Below are positions 1 to 8,678 of a stretch of DNA of 32,000 nt, piece by piece (the first letter of the stretch is position 1; every line of letters starts with the position of its first letter). Both the position numbers and the translations under genes were made by a program. The stretch is from NCBI RefSeq assembly GCF_000341395.1, contig NC_020304.1, positions 2,280,001 through 2,312,000 of the forward strand, read 5' to 3'. The notes under the pieces are model-generated. The model did no database searches. It was not told the DNA's origin and was given only the letters and a program-made list of their open reading frames with translations. Source of the stretch: Desulfocapsa sulfexigens DSM 10523 (GTDB taxonomy: Bacteria; Desulfobacterota; Desulfobulbia; Desulfobulbales; Desulfocapsaceae).

Positions 1-2
1 GC

Positions 3-125
3 TGTGGTCTGGCATTTTCTTCTTGCAAGTCAGCGGATGGTGTCTATAGTGTAGTCGATTTGGCTTTAAGAAGAACAAACAAGTCTTATATTTCCGGTAC
101 GGTTCGCGCAACAATTTTACCTTAA
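3..125 (+). CDS. possible 3' end of an upstream gene truncated by the window edge, product unknown
   Basis: Frame 3 is open from the window start to a TAA at 123-125 (...CGLAFSSCKSADGVYSVVDLALRRTNKSYISGTVRATILP*). The other two + frames stop earlier. Too short to identify. Confidence 0.25.
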   Translation, partial: CGLAFSSCKSADGVYSVVDLALRRTNKSYISGTVRATILP

Positions 126-164
126 AATGTAATGCTTTAAAACATACTGATTTAGAGGAATGTC

Positions 165-812
165 ATGTCAGAAGAGAATGCTATTGAGAATTTGACTGAA
201 GATCTACCAACAGTCATCGCAGAGTTGGAAAAAAAATGTAAACAGAATCCAGACAATGTTGTTACTTTGCATCACCTTGGGCTTGTTTATTTGAAATCCG
301 GGAGGATCGACGAGGCTATAGAGTGTCTTGAAAAGTGTCTTGTGATTGATGAACAGGCTAATCAGCCTATGATTAATCTGGGAGCTATTTATTTCGGTCA
401 GGGAAATCTGGATAAGGCTCAGGAGCTAAATGAAATGGCAATCAAGGTTCAGCCTGACACTTCAGCACAGGCCCACGCAAATCTTGGATTGATCTGGCAA
501 CAGCGCAATGAGCTTGATAAGTCAATTGCCTCCTACGAGAAGGCCATTCAGTACGATCCCAAACTTGCAACCGTGTGGATGAATCTTACATCCGTGCTCA
601 CCATGAAAGGTGAAGACGATCGTGCGTTAAAGGCAGCCACTAAGGCAACCCAACTTGAGCCCGATTCAGCTCTTGCGCAGAATAATCTTGCTGTCGCTCT
701 CTTTTTCAGTGGTGATTATCCCAAAGCAAAGGTCCACATGGAAAAAGCCATAGAATTAGGGTATTCCGTTGATCCCAATTTTATTGCAGGCTTGGAAGAG
801 AAGTTAGCATAG
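165..812 (+). CDS. tetratricopeptide (TPR) repeat protein
   Basis: 215 aa ORF with several degenerate 34-aa repeats (e.g. VTLHHLGLVYLKSGRIDEAIECLEKCLVID, AHANLGLIWQQRNELDKSIASYEKAIQYDP); SD-like agagga upstream of the ATG. Confidence 0.88.
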   Translation: MSEENAIENLTEDLPTVIAELEKKCKQNPDNVVTLHHLGLVYLKSGRIDEAIECLEKCLVIDEQANQPMINLGAIYFGQGNLDKAQELNEMAIKVQPDTSAQAHANLGLIWQQRNELDKSIASYEKAIQYDPKLATVWMNLTSVLTMKGEDDRALKAATKATQLEPDSALAQNNLAVALFFSGDYPKAKVHMEKAIELGYSVDPNFIAGLEEKLA

Positions 813-816
813 TATT

Positions 817-1965
817 ATGAAGAAACAAAAACTTACCACCGCCCCCTGGTGTCCGTTTTGTGGCCAGAAAGTTGGTCGGGCAACCGATGCCATTGAGCGG
901 AAGATGCAGGAATTCCAGGTTGGTCGCTGTCAGTGTGGTGCTGTGTATACCTGTGACCCCACTGGTCACAATGTGGGCTCGGCAATGGTGGAGGCTCTTG
1001 TTTTTGCCTGCAATGATAACTGGGATTTCGCATGGGATCTGATGCCCGAGGATGATTATCTGACTGGGCGGGTAGAGGATTATGATGAGACCACCCATCA
1101 GGTAGTTAATACTCGAAACATTGATGGTCGTCCTGTTCGTGGCGTTCTTTATTTTGTCCGTCTCCATACTGAGATTGCTGAGATTGCCAAGCGGGTGAAA
1201 GAGAAGAAAGAGGCCTTGGCGCGAGAGACCATTACTCCGATACTGTCCGATGCTGTTGAAGCAATCCCGACTCCAGAACCACAGCTTGATCCGAAAAGAG
1301 TAAAACTCAAGTCTACGAAGAAAGGGGTTAAAGAGGCGAGAGACAGAGGAGATATCGATACTCTGGTCATGCTCTGTTTTGATAACAGGAAGACTCTTCG
1401 TCTTCTGCAGCGTCTTTTGTACGATGTCGACGAGGCCCGGCGTTGGGAAACGGCCTGGGTTATTGGTCAGGTCTGTTCCCGTGTTGCTACAAAAATGCCA
1501 GGCCAGGTGTCTGAGCTCGTTCACCGTCTCTTTGAAGCCTGTTCCGATTCGGCGGCGGCCCCCTGGGGAATGATTGAGGCTCTGGGCGAAGTTATTTCTG
1601 GCCGGCCAGATGTTTTTGGTGCTTTTACAAGGCATCTGCTGAACTATATGGGTGATGATTCCACTCAGGTTCAGGTCGTGTGGGCGCTTTCGAAAATTGC
1701 CGCTAAAAGGCCTGATCTTATTCGTGAGACGCCTTTTTTCAACCTGTTTCATTTTTTACAACATCCCAACCCTCAAATGCGCGGGCTTGTAGTGCAACTG
1801 CTGGGTCGGATAAGGGCAAAAGAAGTAAGCCTGCAGCTTATGGAGCTCAGTGATGATCAGGAAAAACTTGTTATATGGGAAAATAGAAAACCAGTAGAAT
1901 ATACAATTGCTGAACTGGTAACTGTTGCATTGAAACAGATCAGTGAAGGAGATATTAAAAAATGA
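817..1965 (+). CDS. conserved protein with N-terminal zinc-ribbon-like motif and HEAT/PBS-lyase-like C-terminal region (possibly DVU0298-type family)
   Basis: 382 aa ORF; N-term CPFCGQKVG...CQCGAVYTC cysteine pattern, central charged linker, alpha-helical HEAT-like repeats (WETAWVIGQVCSRVA..., PWGMIEALGEVISG, QVQVVWALSKIAAKRPDLIR). Starts 4 nt after the upstream stop. Confidence 0.7.
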   Translation: MKKQKLTTAPWCPFCGQKVGRATDAIERKMQEFQVGRCQCGAVYTCDPTGHNVGSAMVEALVFACNDNWDFAWDLMPEDDYLTGRVEDYDETTHQVVNTRNIDGRPVRGVLYFVRLHTEIAEIAKRVKEKKEALARETITPILSDAVEAIPTPEPQLDPKRVKLKSTKKGVKEARDRGDIDTLVMLCFDNRKTLRLLQRLLYDVDEARRWETAWVIGQVCSRVATKMPGQVSELVHRLFEACSDSAAAPWGMIEALGEVISGRPDVFGAFTRHLLNYMGDDSTQVQVVWALSKIAAKRPDLIRETPFFNLFHFLQHPNPQMRGLVVQLLGRIRAKEVSLQLMELSDDQEKLVIWENRKPVEYTIAELVTVALKQISEGDIKK

Positions 1966-2564
1966 TTAGTAACATACAGTCCATGGCTGACATAAAGAAG
2001 GCTGGCCAGAAAGAAGAAAAAAAACGCTCATCAGATCCCATTCAGGCTGAGTATGATGATGGTATAGCATTTTTGAAAGAGAAGGATTTAGCCCAGGCAG
2101 CCGTTGCATTTCACAATGCTTTGCGTGGCTACGAGGAGAAAAAACATCAGGATGGAATCGCCAATGCCTCTAACCAGCTTGGCAATGTTTGTCTTGAAAA
2201 GGGCGAATTTGAAAAGGCCAAAGAACATTATCAACGTGCCTGGGATATCTGTGACCGTTTTGAAGACCCCATGAGCCTTCTGGCCCTGTCCATGCAACTG
2301 GTCACTGTCCATCGTGGTTTAAATGATAATACTGCAGCGCTGAATATCTGTTTTGATATGCTGGATACTCATAGTCTTAATAACAATCCTCAGGGAACCG
2401 TAGCCACTATGGAAACCATCGCGGATATTTATATGGCCATGGGTGACAAGGCTAAAGTTGCTGACACCTATCGTACGATTGCTTCCATCCATGCCAACTA
2501 TAAGCATAAGAATATTGCTGAGAAATTTCTCACTCGAGCAAAAGAGCTGGAAGCCGAAGCGTAA
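1962..2564 (+). CDS. TPR repeat protein
   Basis: 200 aa ORF with TPR-like repeats (AVAFHNALRGYEEKKHQDGIANASNQLGNVCLEKGEFEKAKEHYQRAWDIC). ATGA overlap with the upstream stop and SD gaaggag at about 1945. An alternative start is 1983. Confidence 0.85.
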   Translation: MISNIQSMADIKKAGQKEEKKRSSDPIQAEYDDGIAFLKEKDLAQAAVAFHNALRGYEEKKHQDGIANASNQLGNVCLEKGEFEKAKEHYQRAWDICDRFEDPMSLLALSMQLVTVHRGLNDNTAALNICFDMLDTHSLNNNPQGTVATMETIADIYMAMGDKAKVADTYRTIASIHANYKHKNIAEKFLTRAKELEAEA

Positions 2565-2587
2565 GCCCCAGTAAAATATAGAGAGTA

Positions 2588-3250
2588 ATGTTTACAGGAA
2601 TAATAGAGGGCACCGGGAAGTTATTGGCCAAGCGTAATGTTGGTGGAGGGATGGCGTTTGATCTCCAGGCAGGTTTTGATCTCACAGATCCGGAAGAGGG
2701 AGAATCTATTGCGGTAAACGGTGTCTGTCTGACAGCTTATAATATTAAAGGACGGAAATTTACCGTTGATATCTCGCCCGAAAGCCTTTCACGCACCATC
2801 CTTGGTCGTATTGGTGTGGGAGGAGCGGTGAATATGGAACGGGCTCTTCAGCTGACTGATCGTCTTGGAGGGCATATCGTCTCGGGTCATGTCGACTGTG
2901 TGGCAACTGTTCGTGAAAGGCAGCCCAGTGGTGACTTTACCCTGTTCTCTTTTGGCTTCCCCAAAGAATTTGGCCGTTACGTTATTGAGAAGGGGTCGAT
3001 AACTATTAATGGGGTGAGTCTTACTGTAAATAGTTGTACAATGGAAACCTTTGAGGTTTCCATTATCCCTCATACACTCCAGGTGACGACTCTTGGAGTG
3101 CTCAAGCGGGGAGATGAGGTGAATATCGAAGTGGATATCATAGGTAAGTATGTTGAAAAGATGCTTCTTCCGAGAGAGTCAGGAGGTACAGTTCCTGGAT
3201 CAGGAACCACCATTAATCCGGCGTTTCTTGCAGAAAATGGATTTTTTTGA
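2588..3250 (+). CDS. ribE: riboflavin synthase, alpha subunit
   Basis: 220 aa; starts MFTGIIEGTG; duplicated lumazine-binding halves with ESIAVNGVCLT and GSITINGVSLTV. Confidence 0.95.
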   Translation: MFTGIIEGTGKLLAKRNVGGGMAFDLQAGFDLTDPEEGESIAVNGVCLTAYNIKGRKFTVDISPESLSRTILGRIGVGGAVNMERALQLTDRLGGHIVSGHVDCVATVRERQPSGDFTLFSFGFPKEFGRYVIEKGSITINGVSLTVNSCTMETFEVSIIPHTLQVTTLGVLKRGDEVNIEVDIIGKYVEKMLLPRESGGTVPGSGTTINPAFLAENGFF

Positions 3251-3327
3251 TGCCCTTAATCCATTCTTTGCGGGGATAAGGTATTCTCCGCGAATATACG
3301 AAAAAATAATTAAATAGGTTGATTGTT

Positions 3328-4539
3328 ATGGCAGTGAGTTCAATTGATGAAGTTCTTGAAGATATTAAAGCCGGTAAGATGGTTATCCTGGTTGACGATG
3401 AAGACCGAGAAAATGAGGGTGATCTCTATATGGCAGCGTCCGCAATCACACCCGAGGCGGTCAATTTTATGGCTACCCACGGCAGGGGGTTGATTTGTCT
3501 GACCCTGAGTCCTGAGTTGATCGACAAGCTGGAACTGCCTATGATGGTTTCTGAGAACAAATCGCCCTACGGCACTGGTTTTACCGTCAGTATTGAAGCT
3601 ACAACCGGTGTGACAACAGGGATCTCTGCCGCAGATAGGGCACGTACCATTGAAGCTGCCGTGGCACCTGATGCTAAACCGACAGATATTATCAGCCCTG
3701 GTCACATCTTTCCCCTTCGTGCCCGTGAGGGTGGAGTCCTTGTTCGCCTTGGTCAGACTGAAGGGTCTGTCGATCTCTCCCGCCTTGCAGGGCTCACTGC
3801 AGCTGGTGTGATTTGTGAGATAATGAAAGCAGACGGAACCATGGCCCGGATGCCCGATCTTGAAATATTTGCAGCAGAACATGATTTGAAAATATGCACC
3901 ATTGCCGATCTCGTTGCCTATCGTCTGCGTGAAGATGTTCTTGTGCATCGCGCGGCTGAGGCACGAATACCAACGGAACATGCAGGCGAGTTCACAGCTG
4001 TTGTGTATAAAAATGATGTTGACAGCTTTGAGCATCTTGCGCTTGTCAAAGGCCAGATAGACCCGGAGAAAAAGGTGCTTGTTAGGGTTCACTCCGAATG
4101 TTTGACAGGAGATGTGTTTGGGTCGGCCCGCTGTGACTGTGGAGACCAGCTCCATGCTGCCATGCGAATGATCGACCAGGAGGGAACTGGTGTTGTCCTC
4201 TATATGCGTCAGGAAGGACGCGGCATAGGTCTGGTCAATAAGTTGAAAGCATATAATCTGCAGGATGAAGGCCTGGATACCGTTGAGGCCAATCATAAAC
4301 TCGGTTTTAAGGCGGATCTTCGTGACTATGGAATCGGTGCTCAGATTCTTCGTGATCTTGGGGTTCGGAAAATGAGTCTGCTCACCAACAACCCCAAGAA
4401 AATCATTGGTCTTGAGGGCTATGGAATAGAAGTCGTCGATCGCTTCCCCATTGAGATGGCGGCAAGTGAAGAAAACAAAGGATATCTCCAGTGCAAGCGT
4501 GATCGAATGGGCCATCTTATTGAAGTGGATGAAGATTGA
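3328..4539 (+). CDS. ribBA: bifunctional 3,4-dihydroxy-2-butanone-4-phosphate synthase / GTP cyclohydrolase II
   Basis: DHBP synthase motifs (VILVDDEDRENEGDLYMAA, FMATHGRGLICLTL) followed by GTP cyclohydrolase II motifs (VRVHSECLTGDVFGSARCDCGDQL, YMRQEGRGIGL). The track start at 3319 is possible; 3328 (MAVSS) matches the expected N-terminus. Confidence 0.95.
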   Translation: MAVSSIDEVLEDIKAGKMVILVDDEDRENEGDLYMAASAITPEAVNFMATHGRGLICLTLSPELIDKLELPMMVSENKSPYGTGFTVSIEATTGVTTGISAADRARTIEAAVAPDAKPTDIISPGHIFPLRAREGGVLVRLGQTEGSVDLSRLAGLTAAGVICEIMKADGTMARMPDLEIFAAEHDLKICTIADLVAYRLREDVLVHRAAEARIPTEHAGEFTAVVYKNDVDSFEHLALVKGQIDPEKKVLVRVHSECLTGDVFGSARCDCGDQLHAAMRMIDQEGTGVVLYMRQEGRGIGLVNKLKAYNLQDEGLDTVEANHKLGFKADLRDYGIGAQILRDLGVRKMSLLTNNPKKIIGLEGYGIEVVDRFPIEMAASEENKGYLQCKRDRMGHLIEVDED

Positions 4540-4584
4540 GCGAGAAAGAAATTAATACAGGAAAGAAATAAGGACTCGGAAAAT

Positions 4585-5052
4585 ATGGCAAATTACATTG
4601 AAGGCAATTTAAAGGCGGACGGAAAGAAATTCGGGATTATTGTTGCCCGGTTTAATTCATTTATTTGTGAAAAGCTTCTTGAAGGTGCGCTGGACAGCCT
4701 GCTCCGGTCCGGAGCTTCTGACGGTGATATCGATGTTGTGAGGGTTCCAGGTGCATTTGAGATCCCCCTTATTGCCAAGAAAATGGCTAACTCCCAGAAG
4801 TACGATGCCATAATTTGTCTTGGAGTTGTTATTCGTGGTGCAACACCACATTTTGACGTTGTTGTGAATGAAGTCTCGAAAGGATCCGCCCAGGTTGGAC
4901 TTGAAACCGAGGTTCCGGTTATTTTTGGTGTGTTGACTACCGAGACCATCGAACAGGCTATTGAACGTTCAGGTACGAAGGCTGGTAATAAAGGTTCTGA
5001 GGTTGCTGTTGCCGCCATTGAAATGGCAGACCTGATATCTAAGTTTCAATAA
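4585..5052 (+). CDS. ribH: 6,7-dimethyl-8-ribityllumazine synthase
   Basis: 155 aa; [66 protein letters not shown]. Confidence 0.96.
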   Translation: MANYIEGNLKADGKKFGIIVARFNSFICEKLLEGALDSLLRSGASDGDIDVVRVPGAFEIPLIAKKMANSQKYDAIICLGVVIRGATPHFDVVVNEVSKGSAQVGLETEVPVIFGVLTTETIEQAIERSGTKAGNKGSEVAVAAIEMADLISKFQ

Positions 5053-5174
5053 GAAGTTGTGGCTGTGTTGTTCGTACTCCTGCTACCTGTTTGATAAACG
5101 GGTAGTGGGGTATTCCCCTCCTTCCATGAATTGTTTTTTTTGTTTTTAACTATACATTCTTTTGTAAATTTGCC

Positions 5175-5600
5175 ATGGGCATACGTCGAAAATCACGTGA
5201 AGCTGTGTTGCAGTTTCTCTTCCAGGATGATTTTAAGGGATTTGAAGCTGGATTTGATCAGGATCTGGCAAATCGTTTCGTCGATTTCTGTTCCCTGTAC
5301 GATGTGCAGAAAAAAGCACGTCCCTATGCCCTCGAACTTCTCGAAGGTGTCTATGTCAGGCGTGCAGACGTTGATTCTGTGATAAAAAAACATGCAAGTA
5401 ACTGGCGGCTGGAACGTATTGATTTGACGGACAGAAATGTTTTACGGATTGCAGTGTATGAAATGATATATTGTGATGATGTTCCACCAGAAGTTGCCAT
5501 CAACGAGGCTGTTGAAATAGCCAAGCGCTTTGGTACAGGGGATTCTCCGTCTTTTGTCAATGGTGTACTTGATGCTGTGAAGACAGGGATCGCCAAGTAG
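5175..5600 (+). CDS. nusB: transcription antitermination protein NusB
   Basis: 141 aa; MGIRRKSREAVLQFLFQDD N-terminus and C-term VAINEAVEIAKRFGTGDSPSFVNGVLDAV. Confidence 0.94.
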   Translation: MGIRRKSREAVLQFLFQDDFKGFEAGFDQDLANRFVDFCSLYDVQKKARPYALELLEGVYVRRADVDSVIKKHASNWRLERIDLTDRNVLRIAVYEMIYCDDVPPEVAINEAVEIAKRFGTGDSPSFVNGVLDAVKTGIAK

Positions 5601-5753
5601 TATTCTCTCTTTAATTAGTATTCAAACCGCTGTAGTTAGGCTCCTTCCCGCATAACTTGTCGTCTTGCAATTTTGAGCAAATCGATTACATCGATTACTG
5701 CTTATATTATCTTTTTCTCTCCTTTTTAATTTTTAAATATATAGTTATTTACC

Positions 5754-7937
5754 ATGACACAAGTCAGCAAGAAAACACGGCCCAGCTTGAAACAGGAGGC
5801 CACCGCAGTTCTAGGGGTATTCCTGTCTCTGTTTCTTTTTCTCAGCCTTGCCTCTCCATATTTTGCAGGTGATGGTAATTGGGGGGGAGAGATAGGAATG
5901 TTGATTGCTCAGATTCTTACCGGTGTTACAGGGTGGGGGGCATATCTTCTTGCTGCTCTTCTGCTTATTCTCTCTTTTTTGTTTTTCAGTCCCAGGGTGG
6001 CTTTTGAACGTCTACCACAAATCACTGCAGGCCTGACCGGATCGGTACTTTCCGCCTGTGCGTTGTTTTCAGCCTTTTCTCTCAAAGGATGGGCATCAAT
6101 TGATGCAGGCGGAGTCATTGGAAAAACCATATTCACTGTTATGCAGTCACTCGTGGGTGGTCCCGGAACAGTTCTTTTTCTTTTGCTTATTTTTCTGATG
6201 TCCTTCATGCTGTCGACTCAGTTTTCCCCCTATCAGCTTACTCTTTTTCTATGGCGTGTGACCAAAAAAGCAGGCTGTGGTCTCAGGAATATCCTCGTTT
6301 TTGGTAACGAGAGAAGAGTTATGCGAAAAGAGGCGAAGAGAAGTGCAAAGACTGTTACTGCTGTTGAGAATGGTCCAAGAGTGAGAATCCCTTCTGGTCG
6401 TGTAGGAAGAGAAACTCCTGATGCAGTAGGGCCAAGCCTTGGAATGCCAGTGGTGAAGGAGATTGCTAAAACGTCTGAAGTCTCAGATGATGATGACTTC
6501 GCCGCACGCCTCGTGGCTCGAGGTGACTGGAAACTGCCTCCCATAAGTCTTCTTGAAAAAAATAGCAGCCAGGGAGGCGTGGTTGATAAGGAAGTTTACT
6601 ACCAGGTGTCTAAGAAGCTTGAGCAGAAATTAAAAAATTTCGGGGTTTCCGGTAAAGTTGTGGGGATATCCCCAGGCCCTGTGGTGACAACCTATGAATA
6701 CTCCCCTGCGGCAGGAGTGAAAATAAATAAAATAGCGGGGCTTGCTGATGATCTTGCACTTGGGCTCAAGGCTCAATCTGTACGTGTTGTCGGTTCGGTT
6801 CCTGGTAAAGCTGCACTTGGCATTGAAATACCGAATCCGAATCGTTCAGTTGTTTATATTCGAGACCTGCTCGCCTCGGAGGAATATCGAAAAGTCGAGG
6901 ATAAACTTGCTATTGTGCTTGGGCTTGATGTGGTTGGGGCACCTTCAATTGTCAATCTTGCTAAAATGCCGCATCTCTTGATTGCCGGTTCAACCGGCTC
7001 AGGAAAGAGTGTTGCTATTAATACCATTATTGCTTCGATTCTTTACAATGCGACTCCTGAAGAGGTGCGCCTGCTGATGGTGGATCCAAAACGTATTGAG
7101 TTGTCAGGTTATGAAGGGATCCCCCATCTTCTCCATCCTGTGGTGGTAGAACCGAAACTTGCATCTCGTGCCCTCATGTGGGCTGTACGAGAGATGGAGA
7201 GGCGCTATAAATTACTCGAAGTTGCCAGGGTGAAAAGCTTTGATTCGTATAATGAAAGTGCCGAAGAAAAACTCCCGTATATTGTAATTATTGTGGACGA
7301 GCTGGCTGATCTGATGATGGTTGCTTCTAAGGATGTTGAGTCTTCCATTGCAAGGCTTGCTCAAATGGCACGGGCCGCAGGAATGCACCTTATTTTGGCA
7401 ACCCAGCGACCGTCGGTTGATGTTCTCACCGGCCTTATTAAAGCCAATTTTCCAACTAGAATTTCCTTTAAAGTTTCTTCAAAGATAGACTCCCGTACCA
7501 TTCTCGACACTTCGGGTGCTGAACACCTTCTCGGTGCCGGGGACATGCTTTATCTTGCAAATGGCTCGTCCGGGTTGCAGCGGGTTCATGGTGCCTACAT
7601 ATCAGAGGCAGAAACTGAAGCCATTATCACATTCTTAAAAGAACAGGGGAATGCCAGTTATGATGAATCGGTAACCTCTGCAGTAGAAGACGAGGGAAAT
7701 GATGGAGAGGCAGCAGGAGATGAAGAGTATGATGAGCGCTATGACGAGGCTGTGAATCTGGTCTGTGAGTCTGGGCAGGCATCAATTTCCATGGTGCAAA
7801 GGAGACTGCGTGTAGGGTATAATCGAGCAGCCAGAATGATCGAAATGATGGAGAAAGAAGGGGTCGTTGGGCCAGCAGATGGAGCGAAACCACGAGAGGT
7901 TTTTGCCCGCAAGGATTACACCTCTGAGCTCATCTGA
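5754..7937 (+). CDS. ftsK: DNA translocase FtsK/SpoIIIE family
   Basis: 727 aa; N-terminal TM segments, Walker A (LLIAGSTGSGKSVAINT), Walker B (YIVIIVDELADLMMV), C-terminal gamma-type winged helix (SISMVQRRLRVGYNRAARMIEMMEKEGVVGP). Confidence 0.95.
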   Translation: MTQVSKKTRPSLKQEATAVLGVFLSLFLFLSLASPYFAGDGNWGGEIGMLIAQILTGVTGWGAYLLAALLLILSFLFFSPRVAFERLPQITAGLTGSVLSACALFSAFSLKGWASIDAGGVIGKTIFTVMQSLVGGPGTVLFLLLIFLMSFMLSTQFSPYQLTLFLWRVTKKAGCGLRNILVFGNERRVMRKEAKRSAKTVTAVENGPRVRIPSGRVGRETPDAVGPSLGMPVVKEIAKTSEVSDDDDFAARLVARGDWKLPPISLLEKNSSQGGVVDKEVYYQVSKKLEQKLKNFGVSGKVVGISPGPVVTTYEYSPAAGVKINKIAGLADDLALGLKAQSVRVVGSVPGKAALGIEIPNPNRSVVYIRDLLASEEYRKVEDKLAIVLGLDVVGAPSIVNLAKMPHLLIAGSTGSGKSVAINTIIASILYNATPEEVRLLMVDPKRIELSGYEGIPHLLHPVVVEPKLASRALMWAVREMERRYKLLEVARVKSFDSYNESAEEKLPYIVIIVDELADLMMVASKDVESSIARLAQMARAAGMHLILATQRPSVDVLTGLIKANFPTRISFKVSSKIDSRTILDTSGAEHLLGAGDMLYLANGSSGLQRVHGAYISEAETEAIITFLKEQGNASYDESVTSAVEDEGNDGEAAGDEEYDERYDEAVNLVCESGQASISMVQRRLRVGYNRAARMIEMMEKEGVVGPADGAKPREVFARKDYTSELI

Positions 7938-7953
7938 TAGCGAATGAATTTTC

Positions 7954-7982
7954 TTGACAATTATTTGGCAACCATATATAAA
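7954..7982 (+). promoter_or_regulatory. candidate sigma70-type promoter for aprBA
   Basis: TTGACA (7954-7959), 17-nt spacer, TATAAA (7977-7982), about 200 nt upstream of the aprB ATG. Confidence 0.6.
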
Positions 7983-8185
7983 TTCAAACTGGTTAAAAAT
8001 GAGTGATGGTTCATTTAGTGGGATGTTCGTGCTAGGTGTAGTTAACTTGTTGGTACCAAAACTTTTTTGTGTTGGTGGAGCATTATTGAAAAGCCAGACT
8101 TTTTTTGATGTTCTTTTTTTTAGTGGTATAGTTGGCCCGGTCGGTTCCGGGTCGCAAAAAGTAAATTAACTGAGGAGGTAGTTTA

Positions 8186-8602
8186 ATGCCAAGTTATGTA
8201 GATCCTTCCAAGTGCGATGGTTGCAAGGGTGGAGACAAGACTGCATGTATGTACATCTGTCCCAACGACCTGATGGTACTTAACAAAGAGGAAATGCGTG
8301 CCTACAATCAAGAGCCAGATGCGTGCTGGGAATGTTACTCTTGTGTTAAAATTTGTCCGCAGGGCGCAATCTTTGTTCGTGGATACGATGACTTCGTACC
8401 CATGGGCGGACAGGTTCATCCTATGCGTAGTGCTGATTCCATCATGTGGACCGTTAAGTTCCGTAATGGTAACATGAAACGTTTCAAATTCCCTGTTCGT
8501 ACTACTGCTGAGGGTGCTGCTAACGCATATCCCGGTGAGAAGGGTGCTAACCTGGATGACGAGTGCCTTCTCCTCGAGTCCAGTCTGCCGACCCCTAAAT
8601 AA
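8186..8602 (+). CDS. aprB: adenylylsulfate (APS) reductase, beta subunit
   Basis: 138 aa; MPSYVDPSKCDGCKGGDKTACMYICPNDLM and CWECYSCVKICPQGAI, two [4Fe-4S] ferredoxin-type motifs; SD gaggagg at 8172-8178. Confidence 0.97.
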   Translation: MPSYVDPSKCDGCKGGDKTACMYICPNDLMVLNKEEMRAYNQEPDACWECYSCVKICPQGAIFVRGYDDFVPMGGQVHPMRSADSIMWTVKFRNGNMKRFKFPVRTTAEGAANAYPGEKGANLDDECLLLESSLPTPK

Positions 8603-8678
8603 TTCTCCCTCAGAGTGTTGAGAAGAATCCATTGAATTATTTTAAAAAAACATTTTGAATCTATAAGGAGATTTGAAT

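Noticed and set aside
781-1752. 323-aa ORF on the - strand opposite the zinc-ribbon/HEAT-like gene
   Set aside because: It lies almost entirely antisense to a better-supported gene, shows no recognisable motif and has low-complexity, implausible composition. Treated as a codon-bias shadow ORF.
3340-4515. 391-aa ORF on the - strand opposite ribBA
   Set aside because: Fully antisense to a canonical ribBA; no recognisable domain. Shadow ORF.
5657-5872. 71-aa + strand ORF overlapping the start of ftsK
   Set aside because: Cys/Tyr/Phe-rich composition, overlaps the well-supported ftsK start in another frame, no SD.
6742-6981. 79-aa + strand ORF inside ftsK (similar internal out-of-frame ORFs at 11987-12196, 13541-13723, 19731-19949 and others)
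   Set aside because: Nested out of frame inside conserved genes with no motif; expected by chance.
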